A stretch of DNA of 64,000 bases from contig JBIJDH010000012.1 in assembly GCA_044344255.1 (NCBI GenBank), positions 64,001-128,000 of the forward strand. Direction: 5' to 3'. The stretch's first letter is position 1; every line of letters begins with the position of its first letter. A program made the position numbers and the translations under genes. The notes below the pieces were generated by a model. The model was not told the origin of the DNA. It did not search any database and saw nothing but the letters and a program-made list of their open reading frames with translations. The DNA comes from Myxococcota bacterium (lineage in GTDB: Bacteria > Myxococcota_A > UBA796 > UBA2385). Of this stretch, positions 59,438-64,000 are shown piece by piece.

Positions 59438-60901
59438 ATGAGCACACCCCTCGAGACGGCCGCCCACCCCGAGACGCTCCGCCGGGTCGCGATTGACCCG
59501 GTCACGCGGGTCGAGGGCCACGGGAAGGTGACGATCCTGCTGGACGCGCAGAATCGAGTCCAGCAGGTGCGCCTGCACATCGTCGAGTTCCGTGGCTTCG
59601 AGCGCTTCATCCAAGGCCGCCCCTATTGGGAGGTGCCGGTGATGGTGCAGCGGCTCTGCGGGATCTGCCCGGTGAGCCACCACCTCGCCGCCGCGAAGGC
59701 GCTGGACACGGTGGTGGGCGCGCGTGTGCTCCGCCCCGCCGCGGAGAAGAACCGGCGCCTGATGCACTACGGACAGATGCTCCAGTCGCACGCGCTCCAC
59801 TTCTTCTACCTCGCAAGCCCCGACCTCCTGTTCGGCTTCGCCGACGATCCCGCCCACCGAAACGTGGTGGGCGTGCTCGACGCCTACCCCGAGCTGGCGC
59901 TCCAAGGCGTGAAGCTCCGTAAATACGGGCAAGAGGTCATTCGAATCACGGCGGGGAAGCGGATCCACGGCACCGGCGCGGTCCCCGGCGGCGTTAACAA
60001 GGTGCTCACCTCCACCGAGCGCGCCGAGCTCCAGGCCGGCATCGGCGACGTGCTCACCTGGGCCCAGGCGGGCATGGCGGCCATCGTGGGCCTCCACACG
60101 CAGAACCGCGGGCTCTACGACAGCTTCGGGACCGTGCCCTCGAGCCTCCTGTCCCTCGTCGGGGCCGGCGGCGCCCTCGACCTCTACGACGGCACCCTGC
60201 GGGCCCGCCGGGCTGACGGGAGCCTCCTCTTCGATGGGGTGGCCGCGGCGGACTACGGCGACCAGATCAAGGAGAACGTCCGCTCCTGGAGCTACATGAA
60301 GTTCCCCTTCTTCCAGGCCCTCGGCCCGGAGGAGGGCTGGTACAAGGTGGGCCCGCTTGCGCGGGTCCAGAACTGCGACTTCATCCCCACGCCCCTCGCC
60401 GAGGCCGAGCGCCAGCGCTTCCGCGCCGCCTCCCCGGGCCTCCAGCACGCGCCGCTCGCCACCCACTGGGCGCGGATGATCGAGCTCCTCCACTCCGCCG
60501 AGGTGATTGACGCGCTCCTCCGCGACGACGACCTTCTCGGAGACGCCACCCCCGCGCTCGGGCGGCGCCACGCCGAGGGGGTGGGCATCCTCGAGGCGCC
60601 CCGCGGCACCCTCATCCACCACTACCGGGTCTCCCCCGATGACCTCGTCACGATGTGCAACCTCATCGTCTCGACCACCCACAACAACCAGGCGATGAAC
60701 GAGTCGATCCGACAGGTCGCCCGCCAGTACCTCGACGGAAACGAGCCCACCGAGGCGCTGCTCAACCACATCGAGGTGGCCATCCGGGCCTTTGACCCCT
60801 GCCTCTCCTGCGCCACCCACGCGCTCGGGCAGATGCCCCTGATCCTCGAGATCACCGACGCCCAGGGCGAGGTGCGGCGCCTCGTGCGGAGCGCCGACTG
60901 A
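59438..60901 (+). CDS. hoxH: [NiFe]-hydrogenase large subunit (group 3d)
   Basis: TRVEGHG; L1 RLCGIC; EAPRG; L2 FDPCLSCATH followed by a cleavable extension. Confidence 0.97.
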   Translation: MSTPLETAAHPETLRRVAIDPVTRVEGHGKVTILLDAQNRVQQVRLHIVEFRGFERFIQGRPYWEVPVMVQRLCGICPVSHHLAAAKALDTVVGARVLRPAAEKNRRLMHYGQMLQSHALHFFYLASPDLLFGFADDPAHRNVVGVLDAYPELALQGVKLRKYGQEVIRITAGKRIHGTGAVPGGVNKVLTSTERAELQAGIGDVLTWAQAGMAAIVGLHTQNRGLYDSFGTVPSSLLSLVGAGGALDLYDGTLRARRADGSLLFDGVAAADYGDQIKENVRSWSYMKFPFFQALGPEEGWYKVGPLARVQNCDFIPTPLAEAERQRFRAASPGLQHAPLATHWARMIELLHSAEVIDALLRDDDLLGDATPALGRRHAEGVGILEAPRGTLIHHYRVSPDDLVTMCNLIVSTTHNNQAMNESIRQVARQYLDGNEPTEALLNHIEVAIRAFDPCLSCATHALGQMPLILEITDAQGEVRRLVRSAD

Positions 60902-61347
60902 GCCCGATCCTCATCCTCGCGGTGGGCAACCCCTCACGCGGGGACGACGCCCTCGGCCCCCTCCTGCTCGAGCGGCTCGAGGTCGCGCTCGCCGGCCCCC
61001 TCGCGCGAGGGGGTATCGAGCTGCTCACCGACTTCCAGCTCCAGGTCGAGCTGATCTTCGACCTCGAGGGGCGCGAGCGGGTCGTCTTCGTCGACGCCAG
61101 TCTCGTCGCCGAGCCGCCCTTCACCTGGGGCCCCGCGCTCCCCGACGAGGCCCTGCCCGCCACCAGCCACTCGCTCAGCCCCGGCGCGCTGCTGGCCTGT
61201 CACCGCCGCCTCCTCGGCCCGCCGCCGCCCGCCTCCCTGCTGGCGATCCGCGGGGAGCGCTTCGAGCTCGGTGAGGGGCTCTCCCCCGCGGCGGCGGCGC
61301 ACCTGGAGCAGGCCCTGGCCCACCTGCTGACCGTGCTCGGGGCCTGA
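60898..61347 (+). CDS. hoxW: Hydrogenase maturation endopeptidase
   Basis: ILILAVGNPSRGDDALG; VFVDA; TSHSLSP; the first beta-strand requires a start upstream of 60922 (CTG at 60898). Confidence 0.9.
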   Translation: MSPILILAVGNPSRGDDALGPLLLERLEVALAGPLARGGIELLTDFQLQVELIFDLEGRERVVFVDASLVAEPPFTWGPALPDEALPATSHSLSPGALLACHRRLLGPPPPASLLAIRGERFELGEGLSPAAAAHLEQALAHLLTVLGA

Positions 61348-61395
61348 CCCTCGCGCTCAGCCCCGGCACCCCCGCCCGGTGCTACGCTCTCCAAG

Positions 61396-63513
61396 ATGCT
61401 CCTCCTCAGCCTCATCCTCCCGATCGCCGCGGCCGCTCCCCTGTCGACGGCCTGGGGCAACAAGCCCGTGCTCGGCGTGACGCTCGGCCACCGCTGGGAG
61501 CGGCTCGACACCTGCGGCCTCGATCCGGCACGCGCCGCCGAGCTCCGCGCCGTGGCCGAGCAGGTGGAGGCCGAGGCCGAGGCCCTGCGCCGGGAGGGCG
61601 ACCACATCATTCGAGAGGCCGCCCCGGCCGAGCGGGTGGCCCTCCTCGAAGCGCAGGATCAAGCTGGCGCGGTGGCCCGCCTGTCGGCCTGGGAGGCCGC
61701 GGAGGCCGAGCGGCTCGCCGGGGCGGAATTTCCCTGTCTCTGGGCGGCGCTCGAGGCCGACTGGGCGGAGGACCGCGCGCGCGCCCTCGCCGGGCCCACC
61801 TTCCTGCCCTCTCCAACGGCCTCCACCGTGTCCTACACGGTCTTCGCCACCCAGTTCGCCGCTCACACCGACGACGAGGTGGCCATCCCCGACTACTGTA
61901 TCAAGTTCGCCAACCTCGGCTGGGAGACCTGCTCCGCCGGCTACGCGAGCCCCCCGTACAATGTCGTGATCGACCACGACGGCATCAGCCGCGAGATCTA
62001 CGTGGGCGACGTCGGCCCCTGGAACATCGACGACAACTATTGGAACAGCGCAGGAGACCCGAGCCGCCCCCGGCGCCTGTTCACCGATCTGGCCCAGGGG
62101 AGCCCCGAGTCGGCCGCCGCCTATTATGACGACTACAACGGCGGCCAGGACCAGTACGGCCGCGCGGTCTCCAACCCGGCGGGGGTCGATCTGGCGGTGG
62201 ACACCGCGACCACCCTCGGCCTCGCCTATCTGGAGAATGACTGGGTGACGCTCACCTTCCCCTGGGAGGGTTCGGTGATCTACCCCTCCCTCCAGATCTC
62301 GGCGAGCGGCGCGGCCCCGGCCGGACAGCCTGTCGACTCCGTGCCCGACGGCGTCGCCGACGTCTGGGTGGGGCAGGAGTGGGTCCTCTCTCTCCTCGTG
62401 AAGAACGCTGGCACCGAGGCGGCGGGCAACCCGCGGCTGGGCCTGTGGGCCGAGGCGCCCTATCTGTCGGTGGCCCATTGGGAGGTGTACTCGGATTATC
62501 CCTATGGCGACCAGGCCACCTGGAGCCGCTCCGACGCCAATGACCACCCCTCCAACCCCGCGGCCGACGAGCCCGGCTCCACCTTCTCGCTGGAGATCAA
62601 CACCCTGTCGCCGGGAGAGAGCAAGCTCACCGTCCTGACGCTGCGGGCGGCGGAGCCCTCGGTGGGCGCGGTGGATCACCCCGACCTGCGGGCCTGGGTC
62701 TCTCATGTAGACGGATACTACGAGAAGGCCGACTTCGACACGGTCCCCACCAACACCGGCGGATACCAGACCTGGAACGGCGGAGACCTCCGGGCCTACG
62801 TGCAGCACGACGTTCGCTCGTCAGAGACCACCTGGGACTTCGAGGACGGCAGCACCGCCGGCTGGTGGGCCGGCGGCGCGGCGGCGCTCACGGTCGGCGG
62901 CGGAACCCTGAGCCTGTCCCTCTCCGGGGCTGACCCCTCGCTCACCAGCCCGCCGCTCGACGTCACCGCCGAGGACGTCGCCACGGTGCAGATCCTCGCG
63001 CAGGGCGACCTCTCGGGAGAGGGGCGGCTCTATTGGACCACCGCGGAGGCCCCCGACCTCTCCGACGAGCGCTCCCTCCCCTTCACCCTCTCCGCGAGCG
63101 CAGCGCCCGTCGAGCTCAGCCTCTCCACCGTGGGCCTCCCCGGCTGGACCGGCGCGCTCACCCGCCTGCGCCTCGACCCGCTCCCCGAGGGCTCCGGCAC
63201 CTGGGTGATCGACACGCTCAGCCTGCTGTCCGAGGACGGCACCCCCGCCGAGGGTGGGGGCGGGAGCGACGGGGGCGGAGGGGGCCTCGTCGGCGCGCCC
63301 CCGGGCGCGGCCACCCCCTGGGACGAAGTGACGGGGAAGGCCGGCTGCAGCGCCGCCCCGACCCCGCGCGGGGGCGCCGCGGCCACCTGGCTCCTGACCG
63401 TCGTCTGGGCGCGCGCCCTTTGGCGGTCCCGTCGCCACGCGGCGGTCCCCTCCGGCGGAGATCGTGCTTACAATGACGGTGACGCCCCACCTGCCCCGGA
63501 CGCACCATGCTGA
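61396..63513 (+). CDS. Secreted multidomain protein with probable MYXO-CTERM sorting signal
   Basis: Signal peptide; DVGPWN..DNYW...NPAGVDLA domain; Ig-like and CBM-like regions; C-terminal GC, hydrophobic helix, RSRR. Confidence 0.7.
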   Translation: MLLLSLILPIAAAAPLSTAWGNKPVLGVTLGHRWERLDTCGLDPARAAELRAVAEQVEAEAEALRREGDHIIREAAPAERVALLEAQDQAGAVARLSAWEAAEAERLAGAEFPCLWAALEADWAEDRARALAGPTFLPSPTASTVSYTVFATQFAAHTDDEVAIPDYCIKFANLGWETCSAGYASPPYNVVIDHDGISREIYVGDVGPWNIDDNYWNSAGDPSRPRRLFTDLAQGSPESAAAYYDDYNGGQDQYGRAVSNPAGVDLAVDTATTLGLAYLENDWVTLTFPWEGSVIYPSLQISASGAAPAGQPVDSVPDGVADVWVGQEWVLSLLVKNAGTEAAGNPRLGLWAEAPYLSVAHWEVYSDYPYGDQATWSRSDANDHPSNPAADEPGSTFSLEINTLSPGESKLTVLTLRAAEPSVGAVDHPDLRAWVSHVDGYYEKADFDTVPTNTGGYQTWNGGDLRAYVQHDVRSSETTWDFEDGSTAGWWAGGAAALTVGGGTLSLSLSGADPSLTSPPLDVTAEDVATVQILAQGDLSGEGRLYWTTAEAPDLSDERSLPFTLSASAAPVELSLSTVGLPGWTGALTRLRLDPLPEGSGTWVIDTLSLLSEDGTPAEGGGGSDGGGGGLVGAPPGAATPWDEVTGKAGCSAAPTPRGGAAATWLLTVVWARALWRSRRHAAVPSGGDRAYNDGDAPPAPDAPC

Positions 63514-64000
63514 TCCTCCTCTCCCTCCTCCTGCCCCTGGTCCGCGCAGAGGTGCCGCCCCCCACGGCGCGCCCGACCTTCCCCGAGGCCCCGCTGAGCG
63601 AGCTCAGCCTGCCCGACGGCACCACCGTGGTGCTCACCGCAGACCACCAGGTGCAGTCCTGGGCCCGCGAGGGCACCGGCTGGAAGCTCGTCTGGAGCCG
63701 CGCCGAGCCCGACGGCGCCAGCCTCTTCCTCGTCGGCGAGCGAGTCTGGGTCGAGCGGCACACCACGACCGCGGCGCCGGTGGAGGGCGCCGGCCCGGGC
63801 TGGGCGGTCTCCACGGCCACCGGCACCAGCCCCGGCAGCGCGGCGGCCGTCGCCTCCGCCTCCCGCTCCTCCCTCGCACGAGGGGCCGTCTCGCGGGCCA
63901 CCCCCGGCGTGGCGGTGGTCGATCTCGGGCGCCGGGACGGCCTCCGCGTGGGCTCCGAGCTCCGCTTCCTCCGCGCCGAGGAGGTGCCGGGCCTCTCCGG
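63507..64000 (+). CDS. Hypothetical secreted protein, 3'-truncated by the window
   Basis: ATG at 63507 with signal peptide MLILLSLLLPLVRA; frame appears open to the window end. Confidence 0.6.
   Translation, partial: MLILLSLLLPLVRAEVPPPTARPTFPEAPLSELSLPDGTTVVLTADHQVQSWAREGTGWKLVWSRAEPDGASLFLVGERVWVERHTTTAAPVEGAGPGWAVSTATGTSPGSAAAVASASRSSLARGAVSRATPGVAVVDLGRRDGLRVGSELRFLRAEEVPGLS

Noticed and set aside
51085..60820. Very long antisense ORFs (e.g. 51085-53703, 54522-56408, 55960-58083, 58736-60820) and similar ones elsewhere
   Set aside because: Shadow frames expected from high GC3 codon bias opposite well-supported genes; no protein motifs

Overview
Very GC-rich bacterial DNA, probably Myxococcota-like (inferred from a MYXO-CTERM-type C-terminus, Cys/Asp-rich metal-binding repeats, a Pkn-type kinase with FHA partner and a vWA lipoprotein). 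About 55 genes; no rRNA, tRNA or CRISPR array was seen. Main blocks: (1) Ser/Thr kinase, OmpA-like, LysM-FecR and FHA-wHTH module; (2) LysR/TSUP pair followed by a lower-GC island (about 6.4-9.5 kb) with two paralogous lipoprotein genes (one nonsense-interrupted) separated by a decayed ISAs1, plus a relic of the TSUP gene; (3) housekeeping and envelope genes (pgl, folD, paired ArsA-like ATPases, NtrC-type regulator, ALDH7, ExbB/D); (4) a SAM-centred neighbourhood of a B12-radical SAM enzyme, metK, two divergent SET-domain methyltransferases and a stand-alone A-T-GNAT NRPS whose architecture and A-domain signature resemble insect Ebony, the best candidate for an undescribed system; (5) a YtrA-type GntR/ABC operon, a ParE-type TA pair and an amidase; (6) a complete hypABFCDE-hoxFUYHW group 3d NAD-reducing [NiFe]-hydrogenase operon; (7) secreted proteins. 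All calls come from motifs read by eye; no database search was run.
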